The position numbers and the translations under genes are program-made. Under the pieces are notes generated by a model. It made no database searches and was not told where the DNA came from. It saw nothing but the letters and a program-made list of their open reading frames with translations. This document shows positions 53,821 through 64,000 of a stretch of DNA of 64,000 nucleotides, in pieces (the stretch's first letter is position 1; each line of letters begins with the position of its first letter). Origin of the DNA: Candidatus Omnitrophota bacterium (GTDB lineage: Bacteria; Omnitrophota; Gorgyraeia; 2-01-FULL-45-10); contig JBAZNZ010000009.1 of assembly GCA_041648975.1 (NCBI GenBank), positions 1,033 to 65,032 on the forward strand. The letters are read 5' to 3'.

Positions 53821-55129
53821 GGCGGAAGAATTCTTTACTCTCCACTCATATCCCAAAGCCATAGCCCATATAGATTGCGACGCCTTCTTTGCTTCATGTG
53901 AAGAGGCGCGCGACCCGTCTCTCCGCGGGAGGCCTGTCGTTACAGGCAAAGAGCGGGGAATAATAGCGTGCGCGAATTACAAGGCCAAGGCCCTGGGGAT
54001 AAAACGGGGGGTGAGTCTGCGCGACGCTAAGCTCTTATGCCCGGAGCTCGTGATATTGCCCGGCGACTACGAGATGTATAGCGTATATTCCGAAAGGATG
54101 TTCGAGATAATAAGGCGTTTTACGCCAACCGTGGAAGAATTTTCCATAGACGAAGCGTTCTGCGACCTGACGGGCTTGAGGCGGCTATACAGAACGTCAT
54201 ATCAGGAGATAGCCCTGCGGATAAAGGACGCCATACATAAAGAGCTCGATATAACGGTTTCCGTAGGTCTTAGTCTCACTAAGACTCTCGCCAAGATATG
54301 CTCCAGGCATAAGAAGCCGGATGGCTTTACGCCAGCGCCCGGCTGCGAGCTCCACAGCTTCCTTAAGGGCATACCGCTGGACCGTGTCTGCGGATTCGGG
54401 CCGAACACGGTCAGTCTCCTTAATAAATGCGGTATATGCGATGTCTTTGGTTACGCGGAAAAATCGTTCGATTTCGCGGACAGGCTGCTCGGCAAGGTCG
54501 GCCGCGAGCTCTGGCAGGAACTGCGCGGCATACAGGTATACGGCATATCGGCAGAGAAGAAGGAGAAGTATCTCTCCATAAGCAAGACGAAGACTTTCAG
54601 CCCCGCCTCAAGCGACAGAGCCCTTGTAAAGGCGCACCTCATGCGCAACCTCGAATCCGCGTTCATAAAATTGAGACGGCATAAGTTGAGCGCCAAGGCG
54701 CTGTCGATATATCTGAGGACGAGGGATTTTAAAGGTATGGGCTTAAGCGGCGAGCTCGACAGGCATTCGTTTTCGACGCTCGATTTTACCCAGTTGTGCG
54801 GCCGCATGTTCGACAAGGTCTTTGAGGAAGGGGTCGTTTATAGAGCCACAGGAGTTGTTCTGTCAGATATAGTCCTTGAGGGCGCAGACTCGATGACGCT
54901 CTTTGACGATCCTGTTAAGATAGCCAGGATATCGGGCCTATCGAAAGCTGTCGACGAAATAAACGGGCAATACGGAAAATACGCCGTTCATCTCGCGTCT
55001 TCCGATCAGGCGCTCTCTGTAAAACGTCCGCATTCACGGAACGATACCGCGTGGCGCAAGACAACGCTCCTAAAAGGCGAGACATTCCGCCGCAGGCTCA
55101 GGCTCCCTCTTCTGAAAACGGCTGTGTGA
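53801..55129 (+). CDS. Y-family DNA polymerase (DinB/UmuC-like, catalytic residues present)
   Basis: IAHIDCDAFFASCE and SIDEAFCDLTG catalytic motifs; 20-nt overlap with the lexA 3' end; 442 aa. Confidence 0.8.
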   Translation: MSGNTDKAEEFFTLHSYPKAIAHIDCDAFFASCEEARDPSLRGRPVVTGKERGIIACANYKAKALGIKRGVSLRDAKLLCPELVILPGDYEMYSVYSERMFEIIRRFTPTVEEFSIDEAFCDLTGLRRLYRTSYQEIALRIKDAIHKELDITVSVGLSLTKTLAKICSRHKKPDGFTPAPGCELHSFLKGIPLDRVCGFGPNTVSLLNKCGICDVFGYAEKSFDFADRLLGKVGRELWQELRGIQVYGISAEKKEKYLSISKTKTFSPASSDRALVKAHLMRNLESAFIKLRRHKLSAKALSIYLRTRDFKGMGLSGELDRHSFSTLDFTQLCGRMFDKVFEEGVVYRATGVVLSDIVLEGADSMTLFDDPVKIARISGLSKAVDEINGQYGKYAVHLASSDQALSVKRPHSRNDTAWRKTTLLKGETFRRRLRLPLLKTAV

Positions 55130-55193
55130 CCCGCGCACATTTTGCTTTAGATTTGCGCTTTTAAGAGGTATAATCCTTGCCAGGAGGTGTAGC

Positions 55194-56045
55194 ATGAAAA
55201 AGACTATGATATGTGCGGCTGTTTTTCTATTGGCCGTTGCAACGGTCTTGACAAACAAAGCGTATTGCGAAACCCCCGAAGATTATTACAAGTCAGGAGT
55301 AGAGTTGTATGATCATAACAGGTTCGGAGACGCCCTGACAGAGTTCGAAAAGGCCATAAAACAGGATCCGGGCTATGCCCCCGCTTACTTTAAGACGGGA
55401 TGCGTATATGTGATACTGAACCGGTTCCAGGAGGCGGTCGACTATTTTAAGAAGGCGATCGAATTAAATCCGGGTTTTTCGGCCGCGTACCAGGCCATGG
55501 GCGAGGCATACTATTCCATGGGAAACAGGGAACTCGCGATTGCGTCGTTTGAAAAAGCAATAAGCATAAATCCCGGATTTTTCATACCTTACAACAGCCT
55601 TGCCGACATCTACGTATCCGATAATAAGCTAGACCAGGCAGTGCCATTCCTGGAAAAGGCCCTGCAGATAAATCCGTACGATTATTATGCTAACTACAAA
55701 TTAGGGAAGATATATCTGAAGCTGGCAAAGTATCAGGACGCGATAAAATATTTCCAGAGGACGTCGCAGATAAACCTGAGATTTGCCGGCGCGTACTTCG
55801 ACACCGGTGTCGCCTATAATATGCTGAACGATGCCCAGCAGGCTCTCCTGTATTTCCGCGAAGCGCTTAACCAGGATCCCAGCTACGCCGACGCGTATTA
55901 TGAGGCCGGTGTTGCGCATAATAAACTCGGGCAGTTCAAAGAGGCCAGGGAGAACCTGATAAAGGCGGAAGATTTGTATAAATTAAAAGAAGACCAGATC
56001 GGCGCCCGAAAGGCAAAAGAAGCTTTGAGTAAAATAAGCCGATAG
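55194..56045 (+). CDS. secreted TPR-repeat protein
   Basis: Signal peptide followed by about seven TPR units. Confidence 0.7.
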   Translation: MKKTMICAAVFLLAVATVLTNKAYCETPEDYYKSGVELYDHNRFGDALTEFEKAIKQDPGYAPAYFKTGCVYVILNRFQEAVDYFKKAIELNPGFSAAYQAMGEAYYSMGNRELAIASFEKAISINPGFFIPYNSLADIYVSDNKLDQAVPFLEKALQINPYDYYANYKLGKIYLKLAKYQDAIKYFQRTSQINLRFAGAYFDTGVAYNMLNDAQQALLYFREALNQDPSYADAYYEAGVAHNKLGQFKEARENLIKAEDLYKLKEDQIGARKAKEALSKISR

Positions 56046-56057
56046 GAGAAGCTATCT

Positions 56058-56450
56058 ATGGTCAGGAAAAGAGTTTTAATCGTCGATGATGAAGTAGATT
56101 TTATTGAAATATTAAAAGTGAGGCTTGAATCGAATAATTGCGAGGTCATAACGGCCAATAACGGGAAAGAGGCGCTCGAAAGGATAAAGAAAGACAAGCC
56201 CAACGCGGTGCTCCTGGACATAATGATGCCCGAACTCGACGGCCTGACCGTGCTGAAGCGGATACGCCAGACGGACGCTACGCTTCCGGTATTCTTCATT
56301 ACAGCGTTCTCTAATGAGGAGAGGATAAAGATAGCGGGCGGACTTAACGCGTCCGGGTATATCGTCAAAACGCAAGACCTGGGCGTGAAAGTGAAGGAGA
56401 TAGTCGATTTCATAGACATTGCCGAAAAAGCAAAGGGCAAAAGTGCCTAA
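56058..56450 (+). CDS. single-domain response regulator (CheY-like receiver)
   Basis: Receiver domain with the phospho-acceptor Asp region VLLDIMMPELDG; no output domain. Confidence 0.8.
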   Translation: MVRKRVLIVDDEVDFIEILKVRLESNNCEVITANNGKEALERIKKDKPNAVLLDIMMPELDGLTVLKRIRQTDATLPVFFITAFSNEERIKIAGGLNASGYIVKTQDLGVKVKEIVDFIDIAEKAKGKSA

Positions 56451-57294
56451 AATTTTTCGTGTAAACAGCAAAAAGTTTATACTTGTCCTATTACTGGCGG
56501 CTTTTCCTTTATACGCCCATGCCCGCGAGGAAGCCGGCACGGACCAGCTGATACGCCGGATGACCCCGCCTCGCGCAGTCGTGGAAGATCTAGTGGAGGC
56601 GAAGGATCAGTGGTATGTTGACTGTTTCTTTGAGCCGAGTGAGGTATTGCAGGGCAACAGGACAGGCAACTGGGATGAACTTACCACCAGTATCGCGTAT
56701 ATCCACCAAAATATCCGTCCTTATCTGTCAGTATCGCAATTAGAGAGATTCGATAATAAGGACTATACCGCGAACATAGGCTCCTACCTTAGTTTTAAAG
56801 ACTCCTACGCGCATTTAGAAGGGGGTTTCGGCTGGGATATCGACTATATCTATAAATTCATATCTATCGCGGAATACGGCCACAAGCTTTACGAGAATCT
56901 TCACTGGCAGATGGGCTACACCTACCGCGCCTACGGCACAGACGATACTCATCTCGTATATCCTATGCTTATCTACTATTTCGGCGACAGCTACATGAGC
57001 GCGCAATACGGCGTGTCGTTCATGGAGGGCCACGATACGGCTAATATGGGCTCCGTCAGAGGCGATTTCGCAATAACAAATTTTTTGCGATGGTCGTGCG
57101 GTTTAGCGGTCGGTGAGAGGCTCTATGACATAAACGGTTTTGACGCCCACGCCGAACGGGGATTTATACTCTTTACCGGGATTACGTGGAATCTCTATAA
57201 AGACATAAATATAAAGGCCGGCTATTCCCATGGTGAGGAAGCCCCCAAGTTCATAAAACGGGGGTACTATCTCTCCGCGTCGGTAAAAATGTAG
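56443..57294 (+). CDS. putative outer-membrane beta-barrel protein (YaiO/porin-like), start uncertain (TTG 56419 or GTG 56443)
   Basis: Signal peptide KKFILVLLLAAFPLYAHA; alternating aromatic/hydrophilic beta-strand pattern throughout; no ATG before the signal peptide. Confidence 0.45.
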   Translation: MPKIFRVNSKKFILVLLLAAFPLYAHAREEAGTDQLIRRMTPPRAVVEDLVEAKDQWYVDCFFEPSEVLQGNRTGNWDELTTSIAYIHQNIRPYLSVSQLERFDNKDYTANIGSYLSFKDSYAHLEGGFGWDIDYIYKFISIAEYGHKLYENLHWQMGYTYRAYGTDDTHLVYPMLIYYFGDSYMSAQYGVSFMEGHDTANMGSVRGDFAITNFLRWSCGLAVGERLYDINGFDAHAERGFILFTGITWNLYKDINIKAGYSHGEEAPKFIKRGYYLSASVKM

Positions 57295-57295
57295 A

Positions 57296-58561
57296 ATGTA
57301 CGGTTACCATGCCGACATAGTCTGGATGGTCAACGCCGCGCTCTTGATCGTACTTATCATTACGGGCGTGGTGATATTCTTTTGCGTCCTTATAAAAAGC
57401 CGCATCCAGGGCGCCCGGCGTTCCAGGCTTCTCGGAATAAAAAAGAATGTCTATGAAACCGTCATGTCGGGTAAAGGTGTGTCCGAAGGCGCTCCCTCTT
57501 CCGTATGTCCCATCAATGTCACCCCGGAACAATTTATAGATGTAGAGACTAATAGAGCGCGCTACGCCGCTTTTTTTAATGAAGCCGAGATAGCCTTCCT
57601 TAAGAAATGTTTCGTGAGTCCCGGACAGACAGCGAAGCTTGAAAAGCGCGCTAAAAGTTCATGGAACAAATGGCAAAGAGTGGAAGCTATTCTTTGTCTC
57701 GGCTATTCTCAAGCCCCTTCCGCTGTAGATATACTCGCGAAATTGGTTTCGAGTAAGGACGAGGACATATCCTATTATTCGATCGTGGCCTTAGGTCAGA
57801 TAAAGACAGTCCATTCAGCCAAGGTTCTTATGGATCATCTGCGCAAGGACCCCTCAAGCGGTTATAAGATAGCTCTGGTCTTTGACGGCTTTCCGGACGA
57901 GGCTTCCGATAACATCATACAACTGACGAATGACCCGCGCGAAGACGTTAAGCGTTGGGCGCTTGTCCTTCTGTCGAAGTTTCCTGTGGGAGGATACGTC
58001 AAGAAGCTCGAAACCCTTACTCATGAAGCCGCGCCGGAAGTAAGGGCGGCCGCGTGCGATTGCCTTGGTAAAGCCCTCCGAAGAGAGGCAAAACCGGCGA
58101 TATTAAGATGCCTTAAGGACGACAGCTGGCTGGTCAAGAGGCATGCGATAATGGCGCTTGAGAAGCTTATGGGCGATGACGCGCTTCCCGAAATAACAGG
58201 TTTTGTCGATGATGCTTCGTGGTCGGTCAGCGGCGCTGTGGCGGAAGTTATGGCATCCCACATAGAAGCCGCGCTTCCTTACCTCGCAAAATTTCTGGTA
58301 AGCGACAATGTAGTCGCGAAGAGGTTCGCGGCATTAGCATTAGAGGATTCCGGATACCTGACGAAGTTATTGAAGGACGTCATAAGCGGCAAGGCGAATG
58401 CCAAAGCCTCGGGCGTCTTAGAAGGAATTGTGAGGTCGGGTTTCCATTCCGGCCTTGAGGCGGCGATCGCCCCGCTTGAAGGGCCGGAGCGGGCCAAAGC
58501 CATCAAAGTCCTTTCGGGGATAGACGGCAAGACCGCCCAAAATTTACATAAGGCGCCTTAA
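57296..58561 (+). CDS. membrane-anchored HEAT/PBS-lyase-like repeat protein
   Basis: One N-terminal transmembrane helix, then repeated HEAT-like units (VRAAACDCLGKA.., VKRHAIMALEKL..). Confidence 0.55.
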   Translation: MYGYHADIVWMVNAALLIVLIITGVVIFFCVLIKSRIQGARRSRLLGIKKNVYETVMSGKGVSEGAPSSVCPINVTPEQFIDVETNRARYAAFFNEAEIAFLKKCFVSPGQTAKLEKRAKSSWNKWQRVEAILCLGYSQAPSAVDILAKLVSSKDEDISYYSIVALGQIKTVHSAKVLMDHLRKDPSSGYKIALVFDGFPDEASDNIIQLTNDPREDVKRWALVLLSKFPVGGYVKKLETLTHEAAPEVRAAACDCLGKALRREAKPAILRCLKDDSWLVKRHAIMALEKLMGDDALPEITGFVDDASWSVSGAVAEVMASHIEAALPYLAKFLVSDNVVAKRFAALALEDSGYLTKLLKDVISGKANAKASGVLEGIVRSGFHSGLEAAIAPLEGPERAKAIKVLSGIDGKTAQNLHKAP

Positions 58562-58562
58562 T

Positions 58563-59966
58563 ATGCTCACACCTAAAATAGTATATGCGGTATTTGTCGC
58601 CTGCCTGGGGTACTTCCTGTTCCTGACTATATATTATGCGTTCCTTGCCCTTATAGGGTCTTATGAGGGCAGGAAGAGATCTTTGCAGGGCGAAGAAGAA
58701 GATTATTCGCTCGTCTATTTTTCGAATTTCAATATCCCGGTGAGTTTTATAGTCCCCGCCCGTAACGAAGAAGAGTGGATAGCCGAATCGATAAAGTCGC
58801 TCTTGAACCTCAATTATCCGAAATTTGAGATAATAGTTGTGAACGACGGGTCTACGGATAAGACGATGGATATCCTGGATTCTTTACTGAAGCTAAGGCC
58901 CAGCGACATAATGTATATAAAACATTACAAAGACGGCATGCTGCGCAGGATATTGAAGAGCGAACTGCATCCGAACATCACCGTTATAGACAAAGAGGCA
59001 GGGACCAAAAAAGCCGGCGCCGCGAATGCCGGGCTTAACATAGCGAAATATAATCATGTATGCGTTGTAGATGCCGATACAATCTTTGAGCCCGACGCGA
59101 TTTTAAGAATCATGGCGCATGTCGCTAAGGATCCCGATAAGATAATCGGGATAGGGAGTTACTTCGGGCTATTAAACGGCTTCAAGATAAAAGAAGGCAG
59201 GATAATGGAGCATAGCCCAACATACAATCCGATAGTGGCTTCTCAGAATGTCGAATACATACGTTCCTTTATGGGCAACAGGCTGGCCTGGAGCAGGTTT
59301 AACGCTATGCCCAATGTCGCCGGCGGCTTCGGGGTATGGCGCAAAGACGTTCTATATGAGCTCGGCGGATATTCGGTCGACTTTACATGCGAGGACATTG
59401 AGTTTACGTTCCGCGCGCATGACTACGTCGTCAAGCATAAGGATAAGGGATACAGGATACTCATGATGCCGTATTGCGTCGGGTGGACGGAAGGGCCCGC
59501 AAATGTGACGTCTCTCATTTCCCAGCGCGAGCGATGGCAGAGGGTGACCGACGAAACGGTCTGGAGATATAAATACATGATGTTCAATCCGAGATTCGGA
59601 GGCTTTGGGTTCCTCGTATTTCCTTATTTTGTTCTGTATGAAGTCTTAGGCGTCTTCGTTGAAGTGGTAAGTGTGGCGTTCGTGGCCGCGGGCTGGGCGG
59701 CAGGCGTTCTGCAGTGGAATGTTTTTCTGGCGTTCTTCTCGTTCATGCTCCTTTCTCAGGCGTTCACCTCGCTGTTAGCTATCCTGACTTTCACGGAAGA
59801 GCAGAGGCTCTTCCGGTTAAGGTATATTATGTATCTTGTAATTCTGACGTTTACTGAATTTTTCTGGTACAGATGGATAATATCTATAGCGAAATTGGTC
59901 GGAACTTTTCGGTTCCTGTTCAGGATAAAATCATTTGACCGGTATGTGCGGTCGAAACATGTTTAA
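58563..59966 (+). CDS. processive family-2 glycosyltransferase (PgaC/BcsA/Alg8-like synthase)
   Basis: Two N-terminal transmembrane helices, GT-A domain with D..D motifs, the Q(R)xRW motif (ISQRERWQRV), and four C-terminal transmembrane helices. Confidence 0.75.
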   Translation: MLTPKIVYAVFVACLGYFLFLTIYYAFLALIGSYEGRKRSLQGEEEDYSLVYFSNFNIPVSFIVPARNEEEWIAESIKSLLNLNYPKFEIIVVNDGSTDKTMDILDSLLKLRPSDIMYIKHYKDGMLRRILKSELHPNITVIDKEAGTKKAGAANAGLNIAKYNHVCVVDADTIFEPDAILRIMAHVAKDPDKIIGIGSYFGLLNGFKIKEGRIMEHSPTYNPIVASQNVEYIRSFMGNRLAWSRFNAMPNVAGGFGVWRKDVLYELGGYSVDFTCEDIEFTFRAHDYVVKHKDKGYRILMMPYCVGWTEGPANVTSLISQRERWQRVTDETVWRYKYMMFNPRFGGFGFLVFPYFVLYEVLGVFVEVVSVAFVAAGWAAGVLQWNVFLAFFSFMLLSQAFTSLLAILTFTEEQRLFRLRYIMYLVILTFTEFFWYRWIISIAKLVGTFRFLFRIKSFDRYVRSKHV

Positions 59967-59977
59967 GGGGGTATAGG

Positions 59978-62303
59978 TTGGCCAGGATCTATCTCATATT
60001 TTTCCTTTCAGGCATAAGCGGACTTATATATGAAGTTGTTTGGCTGAGGATGCTTACCAGGGTGCTGGGCTGCACTGTATACGCGACCTCGATAATCCTC
60101 GCGGCTTTTATGGCGGGCCTTGCCATAGGAAGCTACCTGATCGGCAAGTACGGCGGCAAGGTGAAGGACCAGATGCGCCTTTACGCTACGCTGGAAGCCG
60201 GCATAGGTATCTCGGCGATGGCCCTGACATTTTTGCTTAATCTGCTCGTACCCGTTTACAAGGCCGTCTATTCGATGGCGGGCGGCCAAAGGCTTGGGCT
60301 GACTATCTTCCAATCAATAACGATGTTCCTGATATTCCTTATACCGACCATCTTGATGGGAGGGACGCTTCCCATAATCAGTTCTTATACGAGAAGATGC
60401 GAGAAGGCCCTGGCCAAAAGGCTGGGATATCTGTACGGGTTGAATACGTTCGGCGCGGTCGCCGGCGTATTGGCCGCCGGTTTTTACCTGATAGGTTCTT
60501 CGGGAGAGACACGGACATTGTTGATAGGCGCCTTAATAAACCTGGCCGTCGCTTTAACGGCTTTCGCGATAGCCCGGAACGACGATCTATCCGGAGGCGC
60601 GGCGCGATGCGCGCAGGAAGGGGCGTCTCCGGCGTCTTCATCTCCGTCCCTGCCTGATCATAGCGTCGGCGTAAGAAAATTAGTCCTCGCGGCATATTGC
60701 CTCAACGGTTTTATCATGATGGCTTATGAGGTCATCTGGACGCGTATCTTCCAGATCCAGGTGGGGACTTCCATATACGCGTTCAGTCTTATGCTTGCTT
60801 TCTATCTCCTGGGAATAGCCCTGGGCAGCGTCGCCGGAGGCAGGTTTGCGAACAGGATAAATAACCCGTTGGCCGTATTCGGCATATCCCAATTATTTAT
60901 TTCAACATACGCCGTATCGGGATTATATATATTTACGGTTTTTAGCGCGTCGTTCTCATGGTCTGAGATCATCCCGGCGAATGTGCTGCTGATGCCTCAA
61001 CTGATCATAGTGCCCATTACTTTTATATCCGGTTTTATCTTCCCGGTGATATCCCGCATCTATATTAAGGATGAAGCGGGCGTCAGCAGGGTGGTGGGCC
61101 TGCTCTATTCCATGAACACTCTGGGATGCATATTAGGTTCTCTGATATGCGGTTTCGCGCTCGTAGGGTCGCTAGGAACGCGAAATACGATACTGCTCTT
61201 ATCGGCTCTCGGCGCCTTTGCCGGAGTGACGGTCTATTTTAAAGCGTCATCCGGGATCAGGGGGCTGAAAATGAAGATTGCCATTGCAGGGTTATTGTCC
61301 GGAGCGCTCATTCTGGGCGCCATGTCGCCGGATCCGTTCATGACGGCAGTGCATGAACGGATGAAAATCTTCCTGCGGGGGCCTTCCGATGAAGCTACGC
61401 TCCTCTATCACAAAGAGGCCGCGCGCGCGACCACGACGGTCTTCAGTTATAAGCACGGCCCTTTATCAAAACAATTATTGATAAACGGGGTCGGGATGAC
61501 AAAATTATGCATAGAGACGAAACTGATGGCTCATCTCCCTATACTGCTTGCCCGTGATCCGGAAGATGTCCTCGTGATATGTTTCGGCATGGGGACGGCG
61601 CTCAGGTCGGCCTGGGCGCATAAGACGCTTAAATGCGACGTGGTCGAACTGGTAGAGGAAGAGTATGAATGCTTTAAATATTTTCACGCCGACGGTCCGC
61701 GGATCCTGGCGGATCCCAGGGTCCGTCATTTTACCGATGATGGGCGCAACTTCCTGCTCATGCGGGACAAGAAATACGATGTCATTACGCTGGACCCGTC
61801 GCCGCCGCTTTACAGCGCAGGGAGCGTAAATCTTTACAGCAAAGAATTTTTCGAACTTTGCAGAAGCCGCCTCAAGGAAGAAGGTATCATGTGCCTCTGG
61901 ATACCGCCTGACAGCGCCACAGAGGTCAGGATGATCATGAAGACCTTCTACACGGTCTTTCCGAATACTTATGTGTGCGGAGGGCCGTACTACGGCGGAT
62001 TTTTTATGCTTGGATTTATGAGCGAAAGCCGGCCCGACGTCAGCCGCCTTATCCGCGACGAAAAAGAAAAGGATGTAGTCGATGACCTGAATGAATGGGA
62101 TACATCGGACAAACCGTCGATGTCCCGTCTCCTGGTGCTGAAACCCCCGGAACTGGCGAAATTTGTCGAAGGCGCGCCGGTCATTACAGACGACCGCCCG
62201 TATACGGAATTTTTCTTATGGAGGGCATTATTTGACAAATTCTATAAGTACCAGCTCAACGCGAAATCTCTTGTTGACTGGAGGGACGATAGGTTGAAAG
62301 GCC

Positions 62304-62314
<11 letters not shown>
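59978..62314 (+). CDS. polytopic membrane protein fused to a spermidine-synthase-like (PABS) methyltransferase-fold domain
   Basis: About 12 N-terminal transmembrane helices, then a PABS-like domain (VLVICFGMGTA, DVITLDPSPP). Confidence 0.65.

Positions 62315-64000
<1,686 letters not shown>

Overview
This 64-kb window is a chromosomal segment from a diderm (LPS-bearing) bacterium at about 50% GC, read from sequence only. It is densely packed with same-strand housekeeping genes. In order, the main blocks are a purine cluster (purB', purC, purM, purD, purE), tsaC, a low-molecular-weight protein-tyrosine phosphatase, rpiB, glyA, a dCMP deaminase, a cyclophilin, nrdR, a radical-SAM enzyme, a PpiD-like chaperone (minus strand) and hisG. 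These are followed by a split transketolase interrupted by an FtsH-like protease gene, ispE, spoVG, tRNA-Gln, glmU, prs, rplY, pth, the rpsF-ssb-rpsR-rplI block and dnaB. An outer-membrane/lipid A block follows (bamA, skp, lpxD, lpxC, fabZ, lpxI, lpxB on the minus strand, a Gfo/Idh/MocA oxidoreductase, msbA), then rpsB-tsf-pyrH-frr, tRNA-Lys, AsmA-family proteins, cspA, der, a periplasmic archaemetzincin cluster, lexA with a Y-family polymerase, a putative exopolysaccharide-type locus (TPR protein, CheY-like receiver, beta-barrel, HEAT protein, processive GT2) and a membrane-fused spermidine-synthase-like protein. A cstA gene runs off the window end. The intergenic DNA is unusual. It carries a ~225-bp MITE-like element with ~65-bp terminal inverted repeats in three copies plus many partial modules. 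It also carries a dispersed family of long AT-rich hairpins built from reiterated short words, and GC-rich CCCGCC hairpin clusters. Further notable items are a glutamine synthetase fused to an N-terminal excisionase/MerR-type HTH with a TTGACAA-type palindromic operator, and an in-frame 82-bp double-palindrome insertion inside lpxC. There is also an unannotated bS22-like 29-aa ORF, a SpoVG carrying an inserted zinc ribbon, a dCMP deaminase reading in frame into a BamE-like lipoprotein, a 7-bp tandem repeat in a lipoprotein signal peptide, and a lexA promoter with a GAAC-N4-GTTC box. No CRISPR array, rRNA gene or transposase gene was seen.
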